Source of the DNA: an uncultured virus (IMG/VR IMGVR_UViG_3300032829_000001)
Taxonomy: Duplodnaviria; Heunggongvirae; Uroviricota; Caudoviricetes
Virus record (IMG/VR): IMGVR_UViG_3300032829_000001
Length of the DNA: 26,478 nt
Strand: one strand, 5' to 3'
The notes under the pieces are model-generated. The model was not told the DNA's origin, did not search any database, and saw only the letters and a program-made list of their open reading frames with translations. The translations under genes and the position numbers were made by a program. Shown one piece after another: positions 14,879 to 23,153 of this stretch (the stretch's first letter is position 1; the number at the start of each line of letters is the position of its first letter).

Positions 14879-14885
14879 GTCCATC

Positions 14886-16103
14886 ATGCCGAATCGGACC
14901 TACGCGACCGTCGATCTCACCTCCCGGGGCCACACGTACACCTTCACCGAACGCTCCCTGGAGCAGTTCCCGGAGGCCCAGGCGTTTCTGGACGGGCTCA
15001 CCGCCAAGGGCACGCTGGCGGCCATCAACGTGCTGCTGTACGTCAAGTCAGTGGCCAAGCTGCGCCGGCAGGGGCGGCTGCAGGCGCCGCGGACGATCCA
15101 GAACCGCACCGACCGGACGGCGGCGAACGCCTACTGGCGGTGGGTCCGCGAGACCTACGACGCGCGGGTCGCGCCGGTGCTGGCCGCCTTCGGGAGCGCC
15201 GAGCTTCGGCACGGCATCCAGCGCGTGCGCGTCAGCGGGCTCGTGCCGCCGTCGCCCGAGAAGAAGCTCTACTGGCCCCAGCTCCACATGACCCACGGGG
15301 ACGGGCCCAGGCAGCCGGCCGACTACCGAATCGAGACGTGCCCCGACCTCTGGACGCTGCACGTGCCCCGCGACCAGACCGTTCCGTGGCACAACGATCC
15401 GTGCATCGACCAGTGCACGGTGCTGAAGCTGACGACGTCCGAGCAGATCGAAGCCGTGCGACTCGCGATCGAGCGCGCGTGGGGACACACCGAGTTGGGG
15501 AAGCTCCCGCGGGACGCGTTCTTGTTCGGGCAGCCGCCGCTCGTCGAGGTCGGGATCGAGGCGACTGAGACGTTCAACGTCGTGGCTCTTGCCCGCCGCG
15601 AGTCGCGCATCGGTGGTGCAGTCGAAACCCTCGCGGGCTCGTGCACCACAGACGTGAGCACGTTCCTCGCGCGCACGGGCGGTGGCATGGAGGTCGACGC
15701 TGTCGTGATCGACTTCGCGACTGCACCCATCGATCATCTGGACGCCATACTCGACGCCGTGCGAACGGCGTGGCAGCGCTGGCGCGAAGCGCACGTGCTC
15801 GCCGCGCCGGCACCCGCCGCCGAGCTGCCGCGGCCGCGCTTCCAGCTCAGCACGACGTGGGAAGACTTGCCGCCGCCCCGCCCGGCCGCGCTCGCGCCGC
15901 GCGCCGTGGACAAGCACGTGACCAGCTTTGGGGCTCCTCCCGTGCAGCAGACGGGCGAGCACTTCGTCCCGACCGACTGGGCCGCGCGCAATCAGGTCGT
16001 GCCCACTCGACTCGTCCACTGCGCCATCCACGCGACGACTCACACCGTAGGACCCGACACCGTGCTGTGTGGCGAGGGCGCGTGGAGCGACATCCCGGCG
16101 TGA
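14886..16103 (+). CDS. Hypothetical protein (~405 aa)
   Basis: Long ORF with good codon usage; start inferred from the promoter. Confidence 0.8.
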   Translation: MPNRTYATVDLTSRGHTYTFTERSLEQFPEAQAFLDGLTAKGTLAAINVLLYVKSVAKLRRQGRLQAPRTIQNRTDRTAANAYWRWVRETYDARVAPVLAAFGSAELRHGIQRVRVSGLVPPSPEKKLYWPQLHMTHGDGPRQPADYRIETCPDLWTLHVPRDQTVPWHNDPCIDQCTVLKLTTSEQIEAVRLAIERAWGHTELGKLPRDAFLFGQPPLVEVGIEATETFNVVALARRESRIGGAVETLAGSCTTDVSTFLARTGGGMEVDAVVIDFATAPIDHLDAILDAVRTAWQRWREAHVLAAPAPAAELPRPRFQLSTTWEDLPPPRPAALAPRAVDKHVTSFGAPPVQQTGEHFVPTDWAARNQVVPTRLVHCAIHATTHTVGPDTVLCGEGAWSDIPA

Positions 16104-16399
16104 ATCTGCGGCTCGCGCGGATGGGCGAACTCGTGCAACACGTGCGGCGCGAGTTCGGGCTGTCGGCGGTCGCGGCGCGCTCGCTGATCTGGAGCCAGGC
16201 ACACGCGTGCCGGATGGAAGTTCGAAGGGGCGTCAGAGCCACAGCGCGCACGACCATTCGGGACATGGCCGACTTCTTCTTTCCGCTCGGGCTCGAACCG
16301 CATTTTCGAATCGTGCCGCGCACGGAAGCAGCGAAGGCGGCGTGTGCGGCGAAGCTGTTGACAGATTCTGTGGAGGGACCGGACGATGGACGACCGTGA
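16100..16399 (+). CDS. Small protein, possibly a degenerate XRE-HTH, with an array-like tail (AAKLLTDSV)
   Basis: GTGA overlap; TTIRDMADFFFPLGLEPHFRIVP resembles an XRE C-terminus. Confidence 0.6.
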   Translation: MNLRLARMGELVQHVRREFGLSAVAARSLIWSQAHACRMEVRRGVRATARTTIRDMADFFFPLGLEPHFRIVPRTEAAKAACAAKLLTDSVEGPDDGRP

Positions 16400-18617
16400 A
16401 GACGAGGCGCTGATCGTATCGGCAGGACCGGACCAGACCAAGACGCCGACAGACGACGCACCAGCCGTGGGGCGCTGGTACAAGGTGAAGGGCAACGAGC
16501 GCGAGGACGGGCAGGATCCGCCCTGGCTCGGCTGTGCCGTGCACATCGGCTCGAACTACGTGAAGGTGAAGGGCGTGCATGCGGATGGCAGCAAGCTCAG
16601 CTCCCGCATTCACTTCGACGAGTTCTGGCAGTGGTGCGAGTACGTGCCCGACCCGCAGCCAATCATCGACGAGCACATGCTGGTGGCGCGCAAGCGAGTG
16701 AACGAGCTGATGAACGAGATCAAGGCGCTCACCGCGCGGCTCGGAGTCGGGCAGCATGCCGCGCTCGGCTCGATCGACGGCGAGACGCAGGCTATCGCCG
16801 TGCGCACGAGCGGCCCGGTCGAGGAGTACAAGGAGGCGCTGGTCAAGGCGAAGGAAAAGACGCTGCCCGATCTCTTCGAGAAGCTGCGCGAGGCGAACGA
16901 AACGCTCGCCGGCTGGATGCACACGCAGCTCATTCCGCTGAAGGCGCAGATAGGCTCGCTCGACGAGGTGAAGGGGCAGGTCGAGGATCGAATCTTCAAC
17001 GTCGAGCTGTACGCGGGCCTGGTCGAGAACATCAAGAAGGTGCGCAACGGAAAGCCCGCGCCGGTCGACACGAAGATCCGCCTGCTGCAGCGCCGGTGCT
17101 ACATGGACGAGGAGTGCCTGGCCGGGTACGAGCACGGCGGGATGAGCTTCGAGAACATCAAGGACTTCGACAAGTGGCTCGCCAAGCCGGCCAACTTCAC
17201 GCGCATCCTTCCGTTCGAGCGCTGTGTGGTCGCGTTCCGCGTGCGCCGGTACGACAGGGACGAACCCGACATGTGGCGACTGTCAGACCTGATCGCTCTC
17301 GCCTATGAGCGCCAGTACGACAAGTGGACGTTCCTCTACATCCGCAACGGTGAGCAGCTCTTTCGGATGGACACGAAGCTGGAGTTCGACGAGCAGCTCT
17401 TCCCCGACGCGAACCACAAGCTGTTCACCGCCGACAAGCTGTGGGCGAAAGACACCGCCGACGAGATGAACGATCTCATCACGGACGCCGACTACAAGGA
17501 GCGCGTCGCCAAGGAGGACGCGCACGAGGCGTGGCTGGAGACGCTGCCCGAGAAGGAGCGCCGGAAGCACGATCGCCACTACAGTTCTTTCGGCACGAAG
17601 CGCAGCTACAGCCCGTTCACGCCCGACAACGTATACTACGACGACATCGCGAAGGTGCTTGCCGACGCCGCCAAGAAGCACAACCGGATCGCGCTCATCT
17701 TGCAGGGCCTGCTCGATCGCTCGCCTGTGTTCCATCCGCACCCGCCGTGGCAGCTCTGGACAGGGGAGGGGTTCGACGCCGCGATCGAGCGCATCTTCGA
17801 CGACTCGCGTGCACTCAGCGCGGGGGAGAAGCCCGACTTCGAGAAGTACCGTGCGAAGCTGAACGCCCGGCTGACCGACGGCTCGCTCACTGTGGGGCAG
17901 GAGCGAGCGTGGCTGGTGCGCGAGGCGCAGCGAGAGAACGCACGGCTCGACAGCGACTACCGCTCGCGGCAGGAGTACCGGCACAAGCACTTCCGCCCGG
18001 ACGGCGACCCGGGGCCAGGCAAGCTCGCCTACGTGCACAAGTACCGCGCCAGTGACGGAGCGTGCACGTACGTGTGGCAGCGGAAGAAGCGCGGGCGGGG
18101 CGGCTACGCGATCGCTGGCACCTGCGTCGACGACTCGATCACCACGGGCGAGGAGAACCTGCTCAACGTCGACGCGTACACGCCGGGCGACTTCCACATC
18201 TTCTTCGACGATCCCCGTACGCGGCGCGAGTACCTACAGTGGGCGCCGATGCTGCTCGAAGCAGAGGAGTGTCACGCAGGGAACCGCGAGCTGAAGCCGC
18301 GGCGCAGACTCGCGCCTGTTGGTGCACGTGAGCCCGTCGTGCGGACGGAGGAGCGCCCGCTCGAACTCGACAAGAAGGCTCCGCGCAAGCCCCGGCCGTC
18401 GCCGAGCGAGAAGTACGAGGGCAAGCTGGTCAGCCTGAACTTCGACATGAAGACGAATGGTGGAACGCAGTTCAAGGCCGGCGAGCTGATGAGGGTGACC
18501 AGCTACAACCGCCGCAGGCTCTCGCTCACGGCGTTGAAGGGGAAGGGCCGCAGCATCTTCGGCGTGAGCGTGACCCACGTCGAACTCGTGGGGCAGAGTG
18601 GCCCTTCGCGTCTGTGA
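16386..18617 (+). CDS. Large hypothetical protein (743 aa) with coiled-coil N-terminal region
   Basis: Strong codon bias; GGAGGG SD; conserved-looking blocks (QRRCYMDEECL, LQGLLDRSPVFHPHPP); function not recognised. Confidence 0.9.
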   Translation: MDDREDEALIVSAGPDQTKTPTDDAPAVGRWYKVKGNEREDGQDPPWLGCAVHIGSNYVKVKGVHADGSKLSSRIHFDEFWQWCEYVPDPQPIIDEHMLVARKRVNELMNEIKALTARLGVGQHAALGSIDGETQAIAVRTSGPVEEYKEALVKAKEKTLPDLFEKLREANETLAGWMHTQLIPLKAQIGSLDEVKGQVEDRIFNVELYAGLVENIKKVRNGKPAPVDTKIRLLQRRCYMDEECLAGYEHGGMSFENIKDFDKWLAKPANFTRILPFERCVVAFRVRRYDRDEPDMWRLSDLIALAYERQYDKWTFLYIRNGEQLFRMDTKLEFDEQLFPDANHKLFTADKLWAKDTADEMNDLITDADYKERVAKEDAHEAWLETLPEKERRKHDRHYSSFGTKRSYSPFTPDNVYYDDIAKVLADAAKKHNRIALILQGLLDRSPVFHPHPPWQLWTGEGFDAAIERIFDDSRALSAGEKPDFEKYRAKLNARLTDGSLTVGQERAWLVREAQRENARLDSDYRSRQEYRHKHFRPDGDPGPGKLAYVHKYRASDGACTYVWQRKKRGRGGYAIAGTCVDDSITTGEENLLNVDAYTPGDFHIFFDDPRTRREYLQWAPMLLEAEECHAGNRELKPRRRLAPVGAREPVVRTEERPLELDKKAPRKPRPSPSEKYEGKLVSLNFDMKTNGGTQFKAGELMRVTSYNRRRLSLTALKGKGRSIFGVSVTHVELVGQSGPSRL

Positions 18618-18795
18618 CGGCTGCGGCGGCCCGACCGACCTGTTCAGCGAAGCGCCGTGCTGCCTGCATAAGCCCCCGTGCGTGGTGGGGTTTTGCTGGA
18701 AGTGCATGCGCGCCCGATGGCGCGGGCCGTGCGCTCGCGAGCTGTTCGAGGACATGGGCTGGACGCGCGACAGGAAAGAGCGGAAGAGGGGCTGA
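18598..18795 (+). CDS. Small Cys-rich Zn-finger protein
   Basis: CDGC, CC, CWKC; fills the gap after the 743-aa gene. Confidence 0.55.
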   Translation: MALRVCDGCGGPTDLFSEAPCCLHKPPCVVGFCWKCMRARWRGPCARELFEDMGWTRDRKERKRG

Positions 18796-18804
18796 AAGTT
18801 TTTC

Positions 18805-18833
18805 TTGCCAGCTTCGTGGCCCGGTGGTAATCG
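18805..18833 (+). promoter_or_regulatory. Weak promoter candidate TTGCCA-17-TAATCG
   Basis: T-rich gap upstream and correct spacing, but imperfect -10. Confidence 0.35.
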
Positions 18834-18842
18834 TGAGTCACC

Positions 18843-19208
18843 GTGGTCACTCCTGGACTGTACCGGCACTACAAAGACCGCCTCTATCGCGTGCTGTTCG
18901 TGGCGGAGTGGGCTGGGCGGAGTCTCCCGTCTGTCGACGCGGTACTGCCGATCGGCATGCGTGAAGTGTACGATGCACCTGTAGAGCTGACCGTTGGCTA
19001 CCCCCTCGACACGAAGCTGTTCGATGCGCGCTGGAGCGGCAACACCTGCGACGTCACGCTCGACGAACGAATCGTCATCTACGTCGCGCTCTACGGCGAG
19101 GGCCGTGTGGCAGCGCGAGCTGAGAAGGAGTTCGAGGAGGAGGTCGATAGCGGCGGCGCACCGGAGCTGGGGATGCGAAGTCCGCGCTTCGAAAGGATCG
19201 GCGAGTGA
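18843..19208 (+). CDS. DUF1653-like protein with an internal insertion
   Basis: PGLYRHYK..YRV, VIYVALYG, EFEEEV, PRFERI motifs. Confidence 0.75.
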   Translation: MVTPGLYRHYKDRLYRVLFVAEWAGRSLPSVDAVLPIGMREVYDAPVELTVGYPLDTKLFDARWSGNTCDVTLDERIVIYVALYGEGRVAARAEKEFEEEVDSGGAPELGMRSPRFERIGE

Positions 19209-19717
19209 AGCTCGAAAAGCTCGTGCGGCGTCACGTCCCCGATCAGCTCCGGGCGCGCGGGGAGAAGGTCGAGACTCGCGTCGCCGAGCCGGGCGAGATG
19301 CTCGGGCTCCTGAAGGCGAAGCTGCAGGAGGAGATCGCTGAGCTGTTCGAGGCGCTCGCCGTGCAGGACGCGACCCGGAAGGACCATCCGCAGGTCATCG
19401 AAGAGCTGGCGGACGTGCACGAGGTGCTCGACGCACTGGAAGACTGTCTGGGCGGCTCGCTGACGTCGATCAAAGTGTCCGTTCGTCGGCGCGAGAAGTG
19501 GGACGAGAAAGGCCGCTTCACGAACATCGTGATGGCGCTCGATCCACCCGTGCCGATGGTCCTGCACTGCCCGAAGTGCGGGGCGCAGCACATCGACCGC
19601 GGCGTCTATGCCACCCGGGTCCATCGAACCCACCTGTGTGCTGGCTGCGGAGAGCTGTGGAAGCCGTTCGACTACGCGACGGTGGGGGTCGAGTCGGTGG
19701 TGGAGGCCCCGCGCTGA
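19205..19717 (+). CDS. MazG-like (all-alpha) NTP pyrophosphatase fused to a C-terminal Zn ribbon
   Basis: KLVR..VP, KLQEEIAEL, EELADVHEV, RREK..KGRF; HCPKCG and HLCAGCG. Confidence 0.75.
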   Translation: MKLEKLVRRHVPDQLRARGEKVETRVAEPGEMLGLLKAKLQEEIAELFEALAVQDATRKDHPQVIEELADVHEVLDALEDCLGGSLTSIKVSVRRREKWDEKGRFTNIVMALDPPVPMVLHCPKCGAQHIDRGVYATRVHRTHLCAGCGELWKPFDYATVGVESVVEAPR

Positions 19718-20019
19718 TGCACGTCTACGACTACCTCGGGATTCTGGTCGCGCTCGTGCTGGCGCTCATCGCCGGCAAGGAGGCACGGGCTGCGGTGCGT
19801 GCATCCGTCGCGGTCTACTTGCGGCAGCAGCACCAGCACCCGCATACAGACTGGGTGCGCACCTACGACCTGTACAAGGTGTTCGGGTCGCCGGTGTACA
19901 GCGCGCTCCAGGAGTTGTTGGACGCCGGTGTCGCAGAGCGCGCTGAGGCGCCAAGTGACAGCGACGTCCGCGGGCCGTACCCGAACGTCTTGTATCGGTG
20001 GAAGGGGCCTGCCACGTGA
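19717..20019 (+). CDS. N-terminal hydrophobic segment plus possible winged-helix domain
   Basis: TGATG overlap; VYSALQELLDAGVAER...YRW resembles a PadR-type wHTH. Confidence 0.6.
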   Translation: MHVYDYLGILVALVLALIAGKEARAAVRASVAVYLRQQHQHPHTDWVRTYDLYKVFGSPVYSALQELLDAGVAERAEAPSDSDVRGPYPNVLYRWKGPAT

Positions 20020-20465
20020 GCGTTCAAGAGTTCCTCGCCTTCCAGGACCGCATCTACGCCGAACTCCTGAACCCGCCGGAGTGCTGGTTCCTGCTCGCCA
20101 ACACGTTCGGTCGGGCAGAAGCCAACGACGTGGTTGCGCTGTTCGACACGGAGGAGCTGTGCAAAGCCTACGTCGAGGCGAGCAAACTGCCGGAAGGATG
20201 GTTCGCCGACATCGCTGGGGGGAGCCCGAGGCTCGACGGATTCTTTCGCTCATATCGGCCCGACTCGCTGCTGTGGGACTACAACCCCCTCTACGAGGGA
20301 ATGGTGTGGCCCGTCCGAATCAGGAACATACTCGACCGCGGCCACGCAGGTCTCCCCGCGAACCCGGCGCCGCCCAGCCGCCCGGTCGCAGAGATCATCA
20401 CGGAGCTGAAGGCCCGAGTGGCTGAGCAGATGCTCCGCGACTCGAACCCGGAAGGCGTCGGATGA
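20016..20465 (+). CDS. Hypothetical protein
   Basis: GTGA and ATGA overlaps. Confidence 0.75.
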   Translation: MSVQEFLAFQDRIYAELLNPPECWFLLANTFGRAEANDVVALFDTEELCKAYVEASKLPEGWFADIAGGSPRLDGFFRSYRPDSLLWDYNPLYEGMVWPVRIRNILDRGHAGLPANPAPPSRPVAEIITELKARVAEQMLRDSNPEGVG

Positions 20466-20695
20466 GACTCGCGATCGCTCGCTCGTTCCGCCGCGTGCTC
20501 GACCAGGCACGCTATGCGCAGCTCCTGAAGTCGGACAAGCTCACGCCGGGTGAGCGCCGCGAGAAGGCACGTGCTGCGCGCCAGCCCGACCCGCCTGGTG
20601 TCCACTGCGGGTTCTGCGGCGAGGTGAAGCCGTCGTTCGACGCCGCGTGCCCGAACGACGGTCCGGACTGGCCCCACCCAAGGAGCGTGACGTGA
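20462..20695 (+). CDS. Small protein with CGFC motif
   Basis: Overlap-coupled on both sides. Confidence 0.65.
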   Translation: MRLAIARSFRRVLDQARYAQLLKSDKLTPGERREKARAARQPDPPGVHCGFCGEVKPSFDAACPNDGPDWPHPRSVT

Positions 20696-20895
20696 CTCCC
20701 GCGCCGAACCCAGCCGATGATCTTCTTCTGCCGAGCGAGGCAGCCCGCATCTTGGGCGTCTCACGCGGCACCATCCGCAACTATGCCGACTACGGGGATA
20801 TCCCCGTCACGAGGACCGTCAGCGGCCGACGACTGTTCCGCCGCAGCGACGTAGAGCAGCTCGCGGGCAAGCGCAAGCGGAAGGCCCAGACGTGA
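20692..20895 (+). CDS. MerR-like/excisionase-type HTH (HTH_17, BldC-like)
   Basis: LLLPSEAARILGVSRGTIRNYADYGDIPVTRTVSGRRLFRRSDVEQL. Confidence 0.85.
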   Translation: MTPAPNPADDLLLPSEAARILGVSRGTIRNYADYGDIPVTRTVSGRRLFRRSDVEQLAGKRKRKAQT

Positions 20896-21404
20896 GCACG
20901 CGCGACCGCGAGACCTGCTCCGCGGACGAGCGCCGCGATGTGCAGGAAGTTCGCTCCTGCCCGGACTGCCAGCGACCGCTGTTCGAGGGGCCGCACGGCG
21001 GCCTCAGTGTGAATTGGCGCTGCTCGAACCCCAAGTGCGGGAGCGGCTTCAACGACATGGGACCGTTTGGCGTCGAACGGATCTCGGACGCGTCGCCAAG
21101 GAAAGGCATCGACATGAAGACCTGCGCGGCCTGCCACAAGCCCATCCCCCGCGGTGAGGCGAACCGCTACGTTCCGTCGGTCTATCTCTGCAACGAATGC
21201 GAGCCCGTCGCGAACCCGATCTGCACGACGAAGGGACGCTGCGAGTGCGCACCCAGCGATAGTCCCGAGTGCTGCTGTCTTGGCGTGGCCAACCACGAGG
21301 TGCTGCACTTCACTCCCAACGACAATCGCGCGATGACGTGCGAAAACTGCCTCGCCCCCGTCGTGTTCATCAACGTGAACACGGGAAAGAAGCTCGCAGC
21401 GTGA
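20892..21404 (+). CDS. Multi-Zn-finger Cys-rich protein (170 aa)
   Basis: CPDC, CSNPKC, CAAC, CNEC, CENC. Confidence 0.75.
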   Translation: MSTRDRETCSADERRDVQEVRSCPDCQRPLFEGPHGGLSVNWRCSNPKCGSGFNDMGPFGVERISDASPRKGIDMKTCAACHKPIPRGEANRYVPSVYLCNECEPVANPICTTKGRCECAPSDSPECCCLGVANHEVLHFTPNDNRAMTCENCLAPVVFINVNTGKKLAA

Positions 21405-21541
21405 AGGTGCACAACATGTTCGCGTCGGTCTGCTACAGCGTGTTCTTCCAAGCGCTGGAAGCCGAGAAAGTCAACGAGATCTTCCGGGCCGTCAGGTTCG
21501 CCGTGCGACTCAGCTACGGCTTCACGCGGGAGCTTGGCTGA
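21401..21541 (+). CDS. Small hypothetical protein (46 aa)
   Basis: Overlap-coupled on both sides (GTGA, TGATG). Confidence 0.5.
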   Translation: MKVHNMFASVCYSVFFQALEAEKVNEIFRAVRFAVRLSYGFTRELG

Positions 21542-21834
21542 TGCGCTCGCCCTGCCCCAACTGCCACGACTGCGACTTCCCCCGCGGCGTGTGCGAGCGG
21601 CTCGCGAACCGTGGCCGGCGGTTCTTCCTGATGGGCGCGCTCGCGGTCCCGTTGGCCCACAAGATCTCGCGCGTCGCGGAGAAGCTGATCGTGCCGCCGA
21701 CGCCCGAGCAGACGATCACGATCCAGTACAGTGGCGGCAAGCTCGTGTACGAAGCGCCCAAGCTGACGAAGCTGCCGGACAACTGGGCTCTGCATCACTG
21801 GAATTGGGCCGCGGACTGGGCGGTGGCAGTGTGA
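21541..21834 (+). CDS. Small protein with Cys-rich N-terminus and twin-arginine-like RRFFL segment
   Basis: ORF track; overlaps on both sides. Confidence 0.65.
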   Translation: MRSPCPNCHDCDFPRGVCERLANRGRRFFLMGALAVPLAHKISRVAEKLIVPPTPEQTITIQYSGGKLVYEAPKLTKLPDNWALHHWNWAADWAVAV

Positions 21835-22169
21835 GCCGACCGCCTAAGGCCGCGCCCACGGTCGAGTACCTCTACGCGGTGAACGACCGGCACGACCCTC
21901 CCCGTGTCGAGCGCGTGCGGGTGAAGAGCCGTGGCGAAAAGAACGTTGTGTTCGAGACGCGGGAGGCGATCAACGGGTTTAGCGCAACCATGCCCCACGA
22001 CGTGGCCGAGAGGCTCCTCCGATCGTCCCCGGACGCCGCCGTCGAGATGTGGCGCGACGAGCTGCGGGACCTGGCGGAGCGGCTCACCGCGGAGCTTAAG
22101 CAGGTCGAAAAGCGGCTACGCGGGCCGGCGCCGAAGAACGCGTGGGAGATCGAGGAGGACGACGAGTGA
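21831..22169 (+). CDS. Hypothetical protein with C-terminal coiled coil
   Basis: GTGA overlap; C-terminal part of ORF 21534..22169. Confidence 0.7.
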   Translation: MSRPPKAAPTVEYLYAVNDRHDPPRVERVRVKSRGEKNVVFETREAINGFSATMPHDVAERLLRSSPDAAVEMWRDELRDLAERLTAELKQVEKRLRGPAPKNAWEIEEDDE

Positions 22170-22489
22170 GCGACTGGACAGACGTCTTGCCGGACACACG
22201 CATCGAAGATCTTGTTTCCACTGCGAACAAGGCGATTGCCGAGGGCATATCCCCGCCGCTCGTCCTGGCCGCGCTCGAAACGCACCTCGTGAATCGCGAG
22301 CTGAAGCTTCTCAGCGCGCTCAAGACGAAGCTCGTTGAGATGCGAGACGAGCTGAAGACCGGCACGCTCGCAGAGCTGAATGCATTCTTCGAACGCCTGC
22401 GCAAGACTGTGGCGCTCAATCGAGGACAGTCTGCTGAAGTGCTCGCCACGAGTGTGCTTGCGCATCTCGAAGAAGAGAGCCGCGGCTGA
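22166..22489 (+). CDS. Helical hypothetical protein
   Basis: GAGGAGG SD, GTGA overlap. Confidence 0.7.
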   Translation: MSDWTDVLPDTRIEDLVSTANKAIAEGISPPLVLAALETHLVNRELKLLSALKTKLVEMRDELKTGTLAELNAFFERLRKTVALNRGQSAEVLATSVLAHLEEESRG

Positions 22490-22794
22490 TGTCGAGCAAG
22501 CTCACACGCAGCGCCTTCAAGGAGCTGATCACGCAGGACATCGCCTGGCTGGAGGCGCAGCCCCGCACGCTCGAACGTGAGCACGTCATCCAGATCGTGC
22601 GCGAGTCGGAGCGGTACTACTACGACGAGGCTCAGGACGAAGCGATCAAAGAGGCGCGGCACCACGCACTGCGGCCGCTCGAAGAGCGCGAGAGGCAGGC
22701 GTTCGGAAAAGAGCCGCGCGTGATCGGTCCAGCTTACGCAGCGGACATCGCGGACAAGATCCTCAAGACGCGCCGGGAGGCCAACCAACCATGA
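22489..22794 (+). CDS. Hypothetical protein (101 aa)
   Basis: TGATG overlap. Confidence 0.75.
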   Translation: MSSKLTRSAFKELITQDIAWLEAQPRTLEREHVIQIVRESERYYYDEAQDEAIKEARHHALRPLEERERQAFGKEPRVIGPAYAADIADKILKTRREANQP

Positions 22795-23153
22795 ACGAAC
22801 CAAAGAACGAGCTGGAGAAGTTCCAGACTGCTGTGCTCACTGCGGCGGTCGACGCCGTCGCCAAGGAGATGCCGCCCGAGAAGATGCGGGAGCTGGCGAA
22901 CCACTTCATCGAAGAGGCGCTCAAGAAGGTGAAGAGCGACAGCTACGGCTCCATCACGTGGCACATCCAGAACCAGATGGAGGCGATGCTCAAAGAGTAC
23001 ATGAAGACGCCCGCGGTGGTGCAGCTCGTTCAGGCGGCGGTCGAGCAGGGCGTGCAGGACGCGCTCAAAGAGCTGCCGGCCGGCACGCGCGGAAAGGTCG
23101 TCGAGAAGGCGCTGGCGGCCGTGGCGAGCGTGATCACGGCAGACCGGCGATGA
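22791..23153 (+). CDS. Helical hypothetical protein (120 aa)
   Basis: GGAGG SD, ATGA overlap. Confidence 0.8.
   Translation: MNEPKNELEKFQTAVLTAAVDAVAKEMPPEKMRELANHFIEEALKKVKSDSYGSITWHIQNQMEAMLKEYMKTPAVVQLVQAAVEQGVQDALKELPAGTRGKVVEKALAAVASVITADRR

Noticed and set aside
14663..14887. N-terminal extension of ORF 14417..14887, and similar long extensions in the ORF track
   Set aside because: It runs through promoter DNA. SD-supported or overlap-supported downstream starts give lengths consistent with the family.
20692..20895. Assigning the gene symbol xis or bldC
   Set aside because: Only fold-level similarity; no integrase nearby, and orthology cannot be established by eye.
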